Source of the DNA: Octopus sinensis
Lineage: Eukaryota
NCBI RefSeq assembly: GCF_006345805.1
Contig: NC_043003.1
Span: 10,230,001-10,294,000, forward strand
DNA: 64,000 bases
Direction: 5' to 3'
Part shown: positions 26,418 through 38,930 of the stretch, piece after piece
Position numbering within the stretch: position 1 is the first letter of the stretch
Layout of the letters: every line of letters starts with the position of its first letter
Made by a program: the position numbers and the translations under genes
Notes under the pieces: model-generated
The model's database searches: none
Told to the model about the DNA's origin: nothing
What the model saw: the letters and a program-made list of their open reading frames with translations, nothing else

Positions 26418-26502
<85 letters not shown>

Positions 26503-27007
26503 ATATATATATATAAGAATAGTAATCCTATGAGTTGGTCTACGAATAGGATTTTTACAAATAACATTAATTCTATAGGCAATCCTAATTCTGATAAGGA
26601 TACTCTTTGGTTGATTATCCCATATGCAATGCAGATTAAAACAAACATAGTGAGAGCTTTGCATAATGTTATTTTTAGGCATTTTGGTAAGGATAAGAAT
26701 AAATTTAGTCCTTTAATTAACAACGGTACTGTTAGAGTGGGATATAGCATTACTCATAATCTAGCCACCATTATCTCCTCTTAATAACAAGAAACTGGAT
26801 CACTTCTATAAGGATAAAAAAATTGAATTTAGACCAGGAAAACTTGCCCCTCTTCATTAATAATAGGAATAGAAACTTTCTTGGAACAAATGGGAACATC
26901 CTCCTTACTAATAATGAGTGCACCATACCTGTCAGAGATAATATAATGAAATAGATCATACTACTACTACCAATACTAGTACTAGTGATAGGAATATAGC
27001 CGATAAT

Positions 27008-27548
27008 GTGAAATTAACTCATTCGTTGATTTTGGGTTTGGATGATGATAACAATTGTAACACTTATAATGTGAATAGTAGTATAGGGGTGTTGTCCAAT
27101 TTTAGATTTCCTCATTCTGTTAATCTTTGTAATTGCAGAAATAAAAATAAATGTGTATTTGGTAATCAATGCCTCAGGAAGGAGGTAGTTTACCAATGCA
27201 CTGTAGATACACAATTGAGTAGTAGGGTGTATATCGGGGCAACTATGAATAGCATAAAACAAAGATGGAATTATCACAGATATACTTTTAGGAATAAAAA
27301 TAGAATGTACTCTACAGGGCTAAGTGCATACATTTGGGAGCTTAAAAATAAGAACTTAGATTTTAGATTAAACTGGAAAATACTAACTTCAGCACCTGTG
27401 TATAATGGAAAAAAATAAAAAATGCTCTCTATGTATTAATGAAATTTTCTTCATTATTAAAGCGGGTCGGCAAATTATTAACAACATTAATGAAAAAAAC
27501 TTCTTTTGTATTCATAGGCTACCGTTCACCTTTTCTAGATTCAAATAG
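27008..27548 (+). pseudogene. GIY-YIG endonuclease of Penelope-like element, frameshifted at the A-run near 27415
   Basis: VVY..YIG dyad, R..H motif, flanking CxC/CxxC cysteines. Confidence 0.85.
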
Positions 27549-29647
27549 AACTTAGCACTTCCACTATTATTAATTTTTTAACTCCCTTCTTTAACTAAAA
27601 TACCTGTGGTCTTCTATAATTTCTAAAGTATACAATTTATATATTTTATAATTTTATAATTTTTATAGCTACATTTGTATAATAATTAATGGATGTGTCT
27701 AGTATTATTGGTTTCTTGTTTTTGTATGTGGGTTTTTGTTTGTTTTTTAAGAGAATTGCAATATGACATAAAATAACATATTCATTTTGGTACTTGCCTT
27801 GTAATGTGTGATTTTTGAAGTTTTCCAATATTGCATAGTATATTGCATAGTATATATATATATCTTGGGTAGATACCTAGCTCTGGATAATGTAATGATA
27901 TGTATAATATGTAATATATGAGAGCCTTTTGTGAGTTTGGTGGGTTTAGGTTGAGATTATAGGTTTTTTGTATGTGTTTATTTGGAAGGTTTTTATTGTA
28001 TATTTGGTCTTTTTGTACTCACCTTAATTTGTATCTTATGCTATTCACTGATAAAACTTTTTCATTTTTTTCATTTTCTCATTTACATGCATTATGCTTT
28101 ATAATTATTACCAGCCTCATATATTTAGTTTATATCTATAGTCTTCTGGATCTGTACTTTAAACTATCCTTCCATACATATTTACTTTCACAATATAACA
28201 TATATATTCACTCTATTATTATTTTTTATTTATTTTCCATTTTATTGTAATATTATCAATTTTTGCATCTAGTCTTCTATTATTTATTTATTTGCCTATT
28301 TAAGTGTAGATGTTTACATACATATCAAGTCATCTAATTTGCTACCTATTTATTTTTTACTTATTTACTTATACTGGGGTAGTTTATACATACATATCTA
28401 TCATTATTGTTATTTAATTTAATAATATATGAATACATATATACTGGTTTGTACTTATAATTATGTGTATAACCGTATTTATTCCTTCGTATTTATTCCT
28501 TCTTATTATTTTATCTCTTTTCATCTTAAGTCTTTATAATATAAAATTTATTTAAAATTTCTGTGATGTTTTCATAAGCGTTTACATTAATACTTCCCCT
28601 TCTATCTTTAATGCCTAAACTGGTATATTATGGCACTATATTTATTAAGTTAATAAGTGACTTATTTATAATATTTAAATTATATATATTTTTATATTTT
28701 ATATTTTATAATTTAGCGTACTTAAAACCATAACAAACTTACGATAAATCTAACAACCGTATGTTTACTCTGCAACAAACCGGTGTTATAAATTTTAAGT
28801 TACCCATGAAATAAGTATCTGACTTAGTAACATACTGATATTTAAAAATATATTTATATCTAAATTAAATATTCTATGGAATGCATGGATGGTACTTCTT
28901 TTATTATTGAGGCACAATTATAATTTTGAAGGACTAAATTGTAGCATAGTTGCTTCCTTTTTGTTTATCTATGTGCTAGTTGTTACTTGTAATTATGTAT
29001 GTGTATAAGTGTATGCATATACATATTACTATGTGTGTATGTGCGATGATCTGTAGATGCGTGTGTGAATATTGGCGTTCCCTGACTAACCAACCGTATA
29101 ATTTTCTTTTGTGATTTAAATTTCAAACAATAGCCAATCGAATTAATCTATATTTCTTTACCTAGTGGTCAGCATTTCTTAACTCATAGTTATTTCGATC
29201 TTGTAAGGATGGACTTGGTGCTAACTTAACTGTATCTATTTTTTATATATTTTTTATTATTATTATTATTATTATTATATTATTATTATTATTATATTAT
29301 TAATAGTAATTTTATAAACTTTATAGCTTTAGAATCTTATGAACTGTACCACGGATTTAATTATTATTTTTCATCTCCATATATGTTAGCCTTTTTTTTT
29401 ATATATATATAAAAAAAACTATTAGCCAAATATGTATAATATCGGTACTTATTGATATTAATATATACACTATTATATATTTTGTTTTATTTTGTTCTGT
29501 TACCTTCCTTTTTGTACAAATGTGTATTATATTATATAAGTGTAGCTTTATGAGGATAAGTTTTTATATTTTACATTTTTATATTTTATATTTATATGTA
29601 TATGATTGTATAATATTTTTCACTATTATAACAAATTTAATTTAATT

Positions 29648-29753
29648 CTCTGAAGAGGCCGTGGGGCATCCTGTTAATGCCTCATTATACCTGCCTTTAT
29701 GGCTTATAGGTTAAATGAGGTATGACTGTCCTCACTGCCGAAACAGCTGTCAG
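29648..29753 (+). ncRNA. Type I hammerhead ribozyme with greatly extended stem II
   Basis: CUGAAGA-GGC.GUGGGG..CCUCAC.GCC-GAA-AC(AGCU)GU-C; located at the PLE 3' end on the sense strand. Stem I is only 2 bp as read. Confidence 0.75.
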
Positions 29754-29969
29754 TTTTGATTTATTTGCATATTATATTTGAAAATTTTTTACTTATATCT
29801 CTTTATCTTGTTACTATTACTGTATATCTCATTTCATTTTATGTATTGCCTTTACTCATATGTAATGGTGTATTAAAGTATGGATTGAGTATCATCGGAT
29901 AGTTGATGTTTTACTGATTTAAGTATATTTCTCCATTCTCTAATTTTGTAGTATATATATATATATATA

Positions 29970-30136
29970 CGACGGGCCTTTTTCGGTTTCCGTCTACCAT
30001 ATCTACTCAGAATGAATTAGTCGGTCCGAGGATATAGCAGAAGACACTTGCCCAAGATGCCACGTGGTGGAACGGAACCCGGTACCATGTGGCTCGTAAG
30101 CGAGCTACTTACCACACAGCCACACCTGCGCCTATA
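29970..30136 (-). mobile_element. SINE family B head
   Basis: GACACTTGCCCAAG..ACCACACAGCCACACCTGCGCCTATA. Confidence 0.85.
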
Positions 30137-30141
30137 TATTG

Positions 30142-30411
<270 letters not shown>

Positions 30412-31566
30412 TGTGTGTGTGTGTATGAAATTTAATAAAGTATTATTACCATTATCAAAAATAACAATAATAATAAAGTGGCCAGCAAGTTTAACTTAAA
30501 TAAGGAAAATATACAAATAAATTAAAGTACCAAAATATCAGCTGGCTAGATATAGGAGCCACAGATTTCTCACTATTAAGAAACGCGCACGGTGAATGGA
30601 AAGAATATCATAAAAATAGGCCTTACTTTTACATAAACCACAAAACAAGAACATGTCTCTTGGCATCGATTGATTACACGTTTAGTGCGTTGGCACTTAA
30701 GCATCATCAGCCATTCTTACTGTATTCATGTCTTTGTCAAAATATATATTTCATTATACCGTGCATGTTTGTTCACTTGAAAGTTTTTTTAATAGTGAGA
30801 AATTTGTGACCTTGGACTGTTGACTGCTATTCGTAGCATGCTGGTAATTCGGTACCTTAATTTACATACACAGAAACACACGCACACGCGTACATATATA
30901 TACATAAATATATACATGTATGTATATATATATATATATAAACCAGCTTATAGAAGAAGAAGAAACGAAACGAAACGAAACGAATCGAATCGAATCGACG
31001 CGAGGGCGCTCAGTCATACAATAGTGTAATAAATAAAATATATACATACATACAAATATATATGTACGTACCTACATCTACATCTATATATACATGCATA
31101 TATAAATATATATACGTGTGTACAGGACACCACAAATAGACGTAGAACTCAACGAGAAACGAAAAAGTAAAAACAGCATGGAACGGACCATTTTTTAACA
31201 ACGAAAAATCAGAGTACAAGACAACTACAAGGAAAAATCCCCTTCATCAGCTGTCCCTAGTTCACGTGAAGTATAATTTCCACCTAAATGTGGCTTACCC
31301 TTAAGGGTTGATGCTACTGTAGCTTGTAGCCCCAAGAAGACGTCTCCTCCAGCTGACCGTTGACAAGTTTCTGTGATCGGTCAGTATCTGCAAAGGGAAG
31401 TCATCTTTCCCATCTGCAACCTGACGTGGTACACACGGACCCGAGTTACTGGGTATTGACCCGTCATCAGCGTGTGACAGCCACTGGCTGGTGATGTGAA
31501 GTGGTGCTCAATGCGAATATATATATATACTTTTTCCAGTGACAAAATACATATATATATATATAC

Positions 31567-31628
<62 letters not shown>

Positions 31629-32344
31629 GGGAATATGATTCCAAACATACAGGGAAAATTCAATTTAGTAATACTAAATCAAATTTCACAATATATAATA
31701 TATGTATATAAATTAAAGAAGAACCACCATGTAGCAATTCAACAATGATATAATTAAATCAAAATATATAGAAAAAATTTAAATATACGATAAAACATAT
31801 AATTAAGTAAAGTACAAAATAATAAATAAATAGTGCATAATTAGTAAAAAGACTACACTTGTTTCGTGGCTATATTTTCAAACTGATAACAGTAAAATTT
31901 ATTTTCACAGATAAACTAAATATTTATAATATTTATAAACACACACACAGACATAAAATAAAAATTAATAATGCATCGGTTGGATGGAGGTACACGACGG
32001 TTCTTCCACGAAACATTTTATTAAAAGTCCTACAATGAACTACTATGTGCATGTGTGTCAATAATACTATACTTGTTCCACGTCCTCGCGTTGTTGTGTT
32101 TTCTCTGTGTTTTCATGTTTGGATTAACTATATATACATATATACTTACATATACATACATACATATACATACATACATATACAGACACACATAATTATG
32201 AGTGTATGTGTGTGTTGTTTGTGTATTTGTGGTTCAACCTCATTGAAAAAAAAAAAATTTATATACTGTACTAAGCTGTATTGACTGGTCCTTCAAGTTC
32301 AAGTTGATTTCATAGATTACATTGCATAAAACATACATTATCAT

Positions 32345-32694
32345 AAATAGTGTGTGTGTATGTGTGTGTCGCGTGTGTGTGTGTGTGAGTGTGTGTATGT
32401 GTGTGAGTGTGTGTGTGTGTTGCGTGCGTGGTGTGTGAGTGTGTGTGTGGTGTGTGTGTGTGTGAGTTGTGTATGTGTGTGCGTGTGTGTGTGTGTGAGT
32501 GTGTATGTGTGGGTGTGTGTGTGTGAGTGTGGTGTGTGTGTGTGCGTGCGTGTGTGTGTGTGTGTGAGTGTGTGTGTGTGAGTGTGTATGTTTGTGTGTG
32601 TGTGTGTGAGTGTGTGTGTGTGTGTGCGTGCGTGTGTGTGTGTGAGTGTGTGTGTGTGTGAGTGTGTATGTGTGTGTGTGCGCGTGGTGTGTGT

Positions 32695-32731
<37 letters not shown>

Positions 32732-32745
32732 CGTGTGTGTGTGAA
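32345..32745. repeat. Degenerate (TG)n tract
   Basis: Direct reading. Confidence 0.95.
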
Positions 32746-33331
32746 GATATTCAGACGAACAGAGATTGCAATTTCCTCGCTGAGTCTTAGGCACGTCACG
32801 TACACGCCCAATCACCTTGGCAGGCAACGTTACATTTCGTTATCTCCTATTATTTGTATGTCTTTTACCATCTTTTGTTTCTTAGTATGAATGAAATCTC
32901 TCCTAATACAGAACACTGTGACCTATCGGGCACAAACATTGTGTAGAATAAACCCCGAATAGAAATAGATTCCCAATGAATATAGGATCTAGTCAATGTG
33001 TCATGAGCTACTGTTCTTTGTTTCTAAGCTGGCATATATTTACAACCGCGTTCACTCATACAAGTATATATGTGTGTGGCTATGTGTTTTAGCGGTGGCA
33101 CTCAAAAGAGATAACAGTCTAATTAATAACGTAAATATTATGTTAGGGAAGCCCTTTGTAGAGAATAATTCGGCGCAGAATGCAGGAAGACGACGTTATC
33201 AGTTTATGGTTCAGGAAGAGTCTTTACATGTGTGTATAAAAATATGGGATGTAAATAATATAGACGCATGCGCACGTACACACGCACACACTCATATATA
33301 CAGATGTTGATAGATAGATAGATAGATAGAC

Positions 33332-33373
<42 letters not shown>

Positions 33374-33462
33374 GTAGGGTGGTAGGTAGGTAGGTAGGTA
33401 GGTAGGTAGGTAGGTAGGTATATATATAATATATATAGAGAGAGAGAGGGAGAGAGAGAGAG

Positions 33463-33504
<42 letters not shown>

Positions 33505-33536
33505 TAGGTAGGTAGGTAGGTAGGTAGGTAGGTAGG

Positions 33537-33583
<47 letters not shown>

Positions 33584-33611
33584 GTAGATAGATAGATAGA
33601 TAGATAGATAG

Positions 33612-33778
33612 ATATGTTTCTTTATTAGCCACACAGGGCTGCACACAGATAGAACAAATTACAAGGTAGAGCTTTTCTTTTGAAGGTATTAAAAAAAAAA
33701 AAAAAAAAAAAAAAAAGGAGGGGAGGTTCGATCAAAAGGGATCGTAAAAGGAGAGAAAGAGGACAAAAATAAGGGGGG

Positions 33779-33811
<33 letters not shown>

Positions 33812-34017
33812 AGAGGAAAAAAAAATGATCAATAGGGATCGTTATCACAGAAATGTCAATATGAAGTGTAAAGGGGAGGACAGGTGAGGTTTACCCGTGG
33901 AAAGAAAAGCCTGCGGAAAAGACCACGGTAACCTCGGTCAATGAAGTCACATTTTATATTTCTTTTTTTTTTTTTTTTTTTTTTTGCAAATAAGCAACTC
34001 TCTGTTTTCGATTTCTG

Positions 34018-34018
<1 letters not shown>
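33612..34018 (-). mobile_element. 3' UTR-like retroelement end embedded in (GATA)n
   Basis: Minus strand ends CAGCCCTGTGTGGCTAATAAAGAAAC(ATAT)(CTAT)n and is flanked by GATA arrays on both sides. Confidence 0.7.
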
Positions 34019-34111
<93 letters not shown>

Positions 34112-34689
34112 CAGAATCGTTTATAAAACATGTATGAAGACAACATACGTACTAGAAATAACAACAGAGGGGAGTATTCGTGAAGAAAGCTCTCCCAATA
34201 TTCAAAACACTTGTGAGTGCCACACAAATTTGCACAAATATATTCATTTGAATATAGAGATTGAGATAATATGCGTTAAAGTATATCAAAGAAATATTCA
34301 TGATTTTTACCTCAAAGCAGTCTCTTTTCCGCAGCTCAGTGGTTTGTAGAATGTGAAAAATCGTCAGTGAGGCTGAAATATAGAAAAAAGAGCAAAATCG
34401 GACAGTTTTATATCTAATCAGTTGTTTTGAATTTGAAAACTTCTTCAAAATGCTCAGCATGGAATTACCGACTGAAGGGCATATATACTCGTTTATAAGA
34501 CACGTACGTACTCCGCTGTAGACATTATGATTACTCATTGCGTAGTATAAAGAGGACAAACGTTTTTCAATAATTCAGAAATTCATTCATTTTAGCAGCA
34601 AACAAATTTTATTGCCATAAAAGTGTTCGTATTGAATTATCATTTGTTAAAATCAAGTGTGGAAAACAACATCCATCATATAGTGTCCG

Positions 34690-35010
34690 TTTTCAATGAT
34701 GCATTTCTGAAGGCGTTCCGATGTACGTACCGTTCGTGGTGCCACCATTGGTCTCCTGTTCATTAGTGTTCCTCGCGTACGAAATGCATTCACCTAGTGT
34801 AAGATTGTGTTATGGATGGGAACAGTTCGATTTCGGTGAATGACGAAGTGGCGCCGAAACTCCCGCTGAACTACTGTGACAGACTCGTTATTCTTCACGT
34901 AACTGTCGTAAGCAAACACGCGATGCTCTATCATACACAGCTGTATGGTTTCACCTGAAAAGAAACAAAATGCTAAGACACTACAGACAGAATGGTACCT
35001 GTCGTACATA
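34690..35010 (-). mobile_element. mariner-like transposase N-terminal HTH relic
   Basis: HRVFAYDSYVKNNESVTVVQREFRRHFVIHRNRTVP, then VNAFRTRGTLMNRRPMVAPRTVRT. Confidence 0.8.
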
Positions 35011-35149
35011 TGTCTCTCCCTCGAGGGCTTAGTGATAACCATTTCAAAAACATCCGTCTTCTCTGTCCCATCCTGTATTAAGTGGATTACTTGACAACCT
35101 TCATAGACAATTGGCAGTAACATTTAATAGGTAATAGTTTCCAATTTTG

Positions 35150-35345
35150 GTACAAGACCAGTAACTATAGGAAAGGGGGTAGGTCGATTAAATCGACGCC
35201 AGTACTTGACTGGTACTTATTTCATCAACCCCAGGAGGATGATAGGCAAAGTCCGCTCTCTGTTGAATTTAAACTCAGAACGCAAAGAGGGACGAAATGC
35301 TGCTAAGCATTTTGTTCTGCACGCTGTCGATTCTGCCAGCTCGCT
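35150..35345 (-). mobile_element. Diverged SINE family A
   Basis: Head CTGCCAGCTCGC at the right end; family core. Confidence 0.75.
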
Positions 35346-35382
35346 GTTTTATTGAATAAGTAATATTCAACATAAAAAGAAA

Positions 35383-35600
35383 GCGGTGAGCTGGGCAGAA
35401 TCGTTAGCGTGCGGGCAAAACGCTTAGCAGCATTTCGTCCGACCTTACGTCCTGAGTTCAAATGCCGCTGGGGTCGACTTTGCTTTACATCCCTCGGAAT
35501 CGACAAAATAAATGCCAGTTGAGTATTGCTGTTGATATAATCGACTTCCTCGCTTCCCTGAAACCGCTGGCCCTCTGCCAAGGTTTGAAACCAATATTCA
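35383..35600 (+). mobile_element. Diverged SINE family A, head-to-head with the previous copy
   Basis: GCGGTGAGCTGGGCAGAATCGTTAGC head. Confidence 0.75.
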
Positions 35601-36394
35601 ACACAATAAAAGCTACTTTTCAAATTGTTAAATATAAGCCAAATGTGTTATGAAATGGTTAATGTTTGACTGTATGAACAAGCATTTGCACATAAGAAAA
35701 ACGCCGGAATTTGCAGAATATGAAGTGTTAAAATTACTCTATAAGAAAGAAAAGAAATTGCTATCAGGCAAATCATTATTAGTGCATTTTTAATTGAAGT
35801 CTCTACGACTAAAAATGCCTCAGATTAATTGATTTTCCGTGTGACTTAAGCACATTTAAATGTTTGTTTCTTTAATTACATTAACATTTAAATTCGAGAG
35901 CTGGCTCTTAGTGAATTTATCAATAAATTTTACACTTCTGGAATATTGTTTTGTGGCAAAGTTCAAATATATGAAAAGTTGAGCAATATATAGGTTGGTA
36001 CGAAAAATATAATCTTGTTTATCTAATTTAATATTTCGGTCTAAATATCAGCTGTACGATAGGTATAAGCTTCGTTTCTCAAAAGATAATGATTCAGTAC
36101 CGTAGGTGGCGTTTTAGGTTAGATGCAATGTAAGAAAGGTCGCTTGTAGGAGAAATAGATGAAAGGATAAAGTGATAAGAATCATCGTAAACATAAGACC
36201 AAATGCAGTTGTGCAAAAGAGCAATTATGTTGGAAATTCGATTTAATATTTGGAATTATAATGTAAAATATAAGATTGATGTTTGTATACGTTTAGGTTA
36301 AAAGTGGAAAGAGTTACTGTCTGTGGACAGCTTGATGAGGTAAATGATGAGGAGGTTGTGAGGCTGTAGGTTCTTTATGTAATAGAGGGGGCGA

Positions 36395-36690
36395 GTATTT
36401 GCTGGGGAGAACGACGACGAAGAAGAAGAAGAAGAAGAAGAGGGGAAGAAGGGGGAATAGGAAGGGGAGGAGGAGGAGAATAAAGAGGGGAGGAGGAGGA
36501 AGAAGAAAAAGAAGAAGAAGAAGAAGAAGAAGAAGAGAAGGAGAGGAGACAGGGAAGAGAAGAAGGAGGAAGAGGAGGAGGGAGAATAGAAGGAGGGGAG
36601 GAGAAGGGGAAGAAGAGAAGGAGAGAAGAAAGGGAAGAGAAGAAGGAGGAAGAGGAGGTGGAAGAATAGAAAGAGAAGAAGAAGAAATTT
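36395..36690. repeat. Purine-rich (GAA/GGA) low-complexity tract
   Basis: Direct reading. Confidence 0.9.
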
Positions 36691-36857
36691 TGAAATGTAA
36701 ACTCATAAGAGAATAAAAATTGAATTGGTGTCTTTCTAAAATATTTCGAAACTGGCAGCTCCAATCTGCATACTCATACATTTTCTCTGCTAACCAACCT
36801 TACAAATACACGCACGCACACGCACACACACACACACACTGACATACATACATACAT

Positions 36858-36965
36858 ACATGTTGATTTTGAAATTCCAATGAAGGAGGCTGGGATCTAG
36901 GTTAGAAACCGGCTCTTTCTCTGACAAAAAATATTGAAATAACACTGAACAATGAGATACATACA
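36858..36965 (+). mobile_element. Terminal 3' UTR fragment of the TACA-associated RLE element
   Basis: GTTGATTTTGAAATTCCAA.GAAGGAG.C..GGATCTAGGTTAGAAACCGG.TCTTTCTCT is shared with 61300-61400; TACA repeats flank both. Confidence 0.75.
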
Positions 36966-37030
36966 TGTATGTATATATATATATATATATAGATAGATAG
37001 ATATATAGATATATATACATATACATATAC

Positions 37031-37062
<32 letters not shown>

Positions 37063-37083
37063 GATATATATAGATATATATAC

Positions 37084-37128
<45 letters not shown>

Positions 37129-37227
37129 GTGTGTGTAGAGCTTTATTAGAATAACTACAAACTTCAATAACTCTAAAAACTTCAATAACTAAAAAATGTT
37201 GTTCCATAAAATATTCTCTTAAATAAT

Positions 37228-37425
37228 TGCAGCGTGGAAGGTGTTTATAAGCCATTTAAAAAAAACATACAAAAACCGTTAGATTCACTTCAACATTTAA
37301 ATTTAATTTGTCAAAATATTTTCGTCGCTTTGAAACCGCGACCTGTTCACTGACAAAATTCAGTGAATCTTACGGTTCTTATGTATTTTTCGATGGCTTA
37401 TAAACTCCGTCCACGCTGCAATTGT
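37228..37425. repeat. Diverged inverted repeat enclosing a hammerhead-like fold
   Basis: GCAGCGTGGA..TTTATAAGCCAT..ACCGTTAGATTCACT versus AGTGAATCTTACGGT..ATGGCTTATAAA..TCCACGCTGC. Confidence 0.8.
37306..37359 (-). ncRNA. Hammerhead-like candidate, G3:C8 core variant
   Basis: UUUGUCA-GUGAACA-G-GUCGC(GGUUUCAAA)GCGAC-GAA-AA(UA)UU-U-UGACAAA: 7-bp stem I and 5-bp stem II, with one extra nucleotide after A9. Confidence 0.45.
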
Positions 37426-38032
37426 TTTTGTTTCAGCACATGATCTCAGATCAGGTCACTTGCTATGCAAGTACATCTCCGTAATTTTCTTAAATAATCT
37501 TTCAAAAATCTATCGTCGTTTTAATTCATTCTGATCATTATAATATATTCCAGCCACTCTCTTGACCCAGGGCAACACTACCTCTTCTAGGCGCTTGATA
37601 TAGGCGTCCGTGTTGAATATGAGTCCCTGTGGGAAGTTGCGGACATGCTCGAGCACCGCCTTGAAGAATTTTAGTCGAAGGAATCGACTCCAGTAATTAT
37701 TTTTTCCATTGATTTCTTTTGCCGAACTGCTAGGTTACATGGTCATAAACACCGGTTGTCAAACAGTGGTAAGTAACGCAATAGAAAGGCACTATGCCAG
37801 CGTGGAGATTCTCCTCTCAAAGCGCCGAATGTTAAATACGCCTGAAAGTCATGCACTCTCGGAGTCGATAAAATAAGTACCAGTTAAACACTGAGGGTCG
37901 ATGGCCTGCCCCTTACTCGGAATTTCCGGCCTTGTGTCAAAAGTGGAAGCTAATATAATTTGTATCTCCTCTTTGTGATAAATATGCATGTGAGTTTATT
38001 TGCAGATAAATCAATTGTTGATGCATACATCT

Positions 38033-38046
38033 AAAAAAAAAAAAAA
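38033..38046 (-). terminator. Pol III terminator (T14) downstream of tRNA-iMet
   Basis: A14 on the plus strand, 16 nt past the tRNA 3' end. Confidence 0.75.
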
Positions 38047-38062
38047 GTTAATATTTTTGATT

Positions 38063-38134
38063 TAGCAGAGCGTAGTTTCGATCTACGGACCTCTGGGTTA
38101 TGGGCCCAGCACGCTTCCACTGCGCCACTCTGCT
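38063..38134 (-). tRNA. tRNA-iMet(CAT): Initiator tRNA-Met (CAT)
   Basis: AGCAGAGTGGCGCAGTGGAAGCGTGCTGGGCCCATAACCCAGAGGTCCGTAGATCGAAACTACGCTCTGCTA. A1:U72, three G:C pairs in the anticodon stem, ATCGAAA T-loop, perfectly paired T stem; 72 nt, no intron. Confidence 0.96.
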
Positions 38135-38399
38135 GAACAAGCGATAGGGGAAATATATAATGTATTATTTCGTATATTGTGTATTCTTGATCGCATTACT
38201 TCCTTTACGCCTGTCATGTTCATCTTTTAACGATTTAAGATTAAAAATTGCCCCGTTAAAGCTTCGTTCACATATGCTTTAATTATTCTACTTAGCCTGA
38301 AGCTCAGCTTAAAGTTTTTTTTTAAATTTATTAATAATCTTCATACCTCTATAACACACTATTCGGAGTTTCATGCATGGACTATGCATGTACGATCAC

Positions 38400-38930
38400 G
38401 TCAGAAGTGCGGGCATGCGCCCTTGCAGAGCATTGTTGCATGTATCATTTGTATAAAAATTCATGGGTCGTCGCGGGCGACTCGTCGGGCAGAGTCCCAG
38501 TCAATCCCCGTGTTCGTAAAATACCTCTTCACCTGAAACATGTGGCATGAGGTCAACCAAAACGAGCCGTCAATCCAGCCGGGTCCTTGGCGAATAGGAT
38601 CTTATTCGGAAAATTGAAAAACATGGTCAAATACTCTGAGTCTGCTCTCTCGAATCACAAAAGTACCAGGATGCATGTTAGTAGCTGAGTAGAGGCGTTG
38701 GTTGGATACGAACCCCAACTAATGGTAACCCATAATCATACGAAGCGTCCTGCCATAAAAGGAGTTAAGGAGGATCGTAAGGACCCTGGACAGTGTCAAA
38801 GTCCCACAAGTATAGACCAGGACATGGAGGATCAGAGATTTAAAGATTGGAACCATGTCCCTCTTATGTAAATCTTGACAGCACCAAGCACTCTTGCCTA
38901 ATGAGTACACAACTGCACCTGCTCATCCAA
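38400..38930 (-). mobile_element. RTE-clade LINE 3' fragment
   Basis: IFKSLILHVLVYTCGTLTL..LNSFYGRTLRMIMGYH*..VSNQRL..RLRVFDHV resembles the RTE C-terminal region. Confidence 0.75.

Larger units (their letters stand above)
25580..29955 (+). mobile_element. Penelope-like element lacking RT: linker, GIY-YIG endonuclease remnant, long AT-rich 3' region and terminal hammerhead
   Basis: 26530-26784 (WLIIPYAMQIKTNIV..RHF..NNGTVRVGYSITHNLATIISS) and 27008-27545 (CNCRNKNKC..CLRKEVVYQC..VYIGAT..KQRWNYHRYTF..STGLSAYIWELK..WKIL..CSLCINE) match the PLE C-terminal architecture. The 5' boundary is uncertain. Confidence 0.8.

Noticed and set aside
27560-29640. Organellar (NUMT) insertion suggested by extreme AT richness
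   Set aside because: No mitochondrial gene or tRNA motifs were recognised, and it is bracketed by PLE endonuclease and hammerhead sequences.
32240-33646. His/Thr- and Tyr/Leu/Ser/Ile-repeat ORFs (and the many similar ORFs across the window)
   Set aside because: These are translations of (CA)n, (TATC)n, (TA)n and (TACA)n microsatellites.
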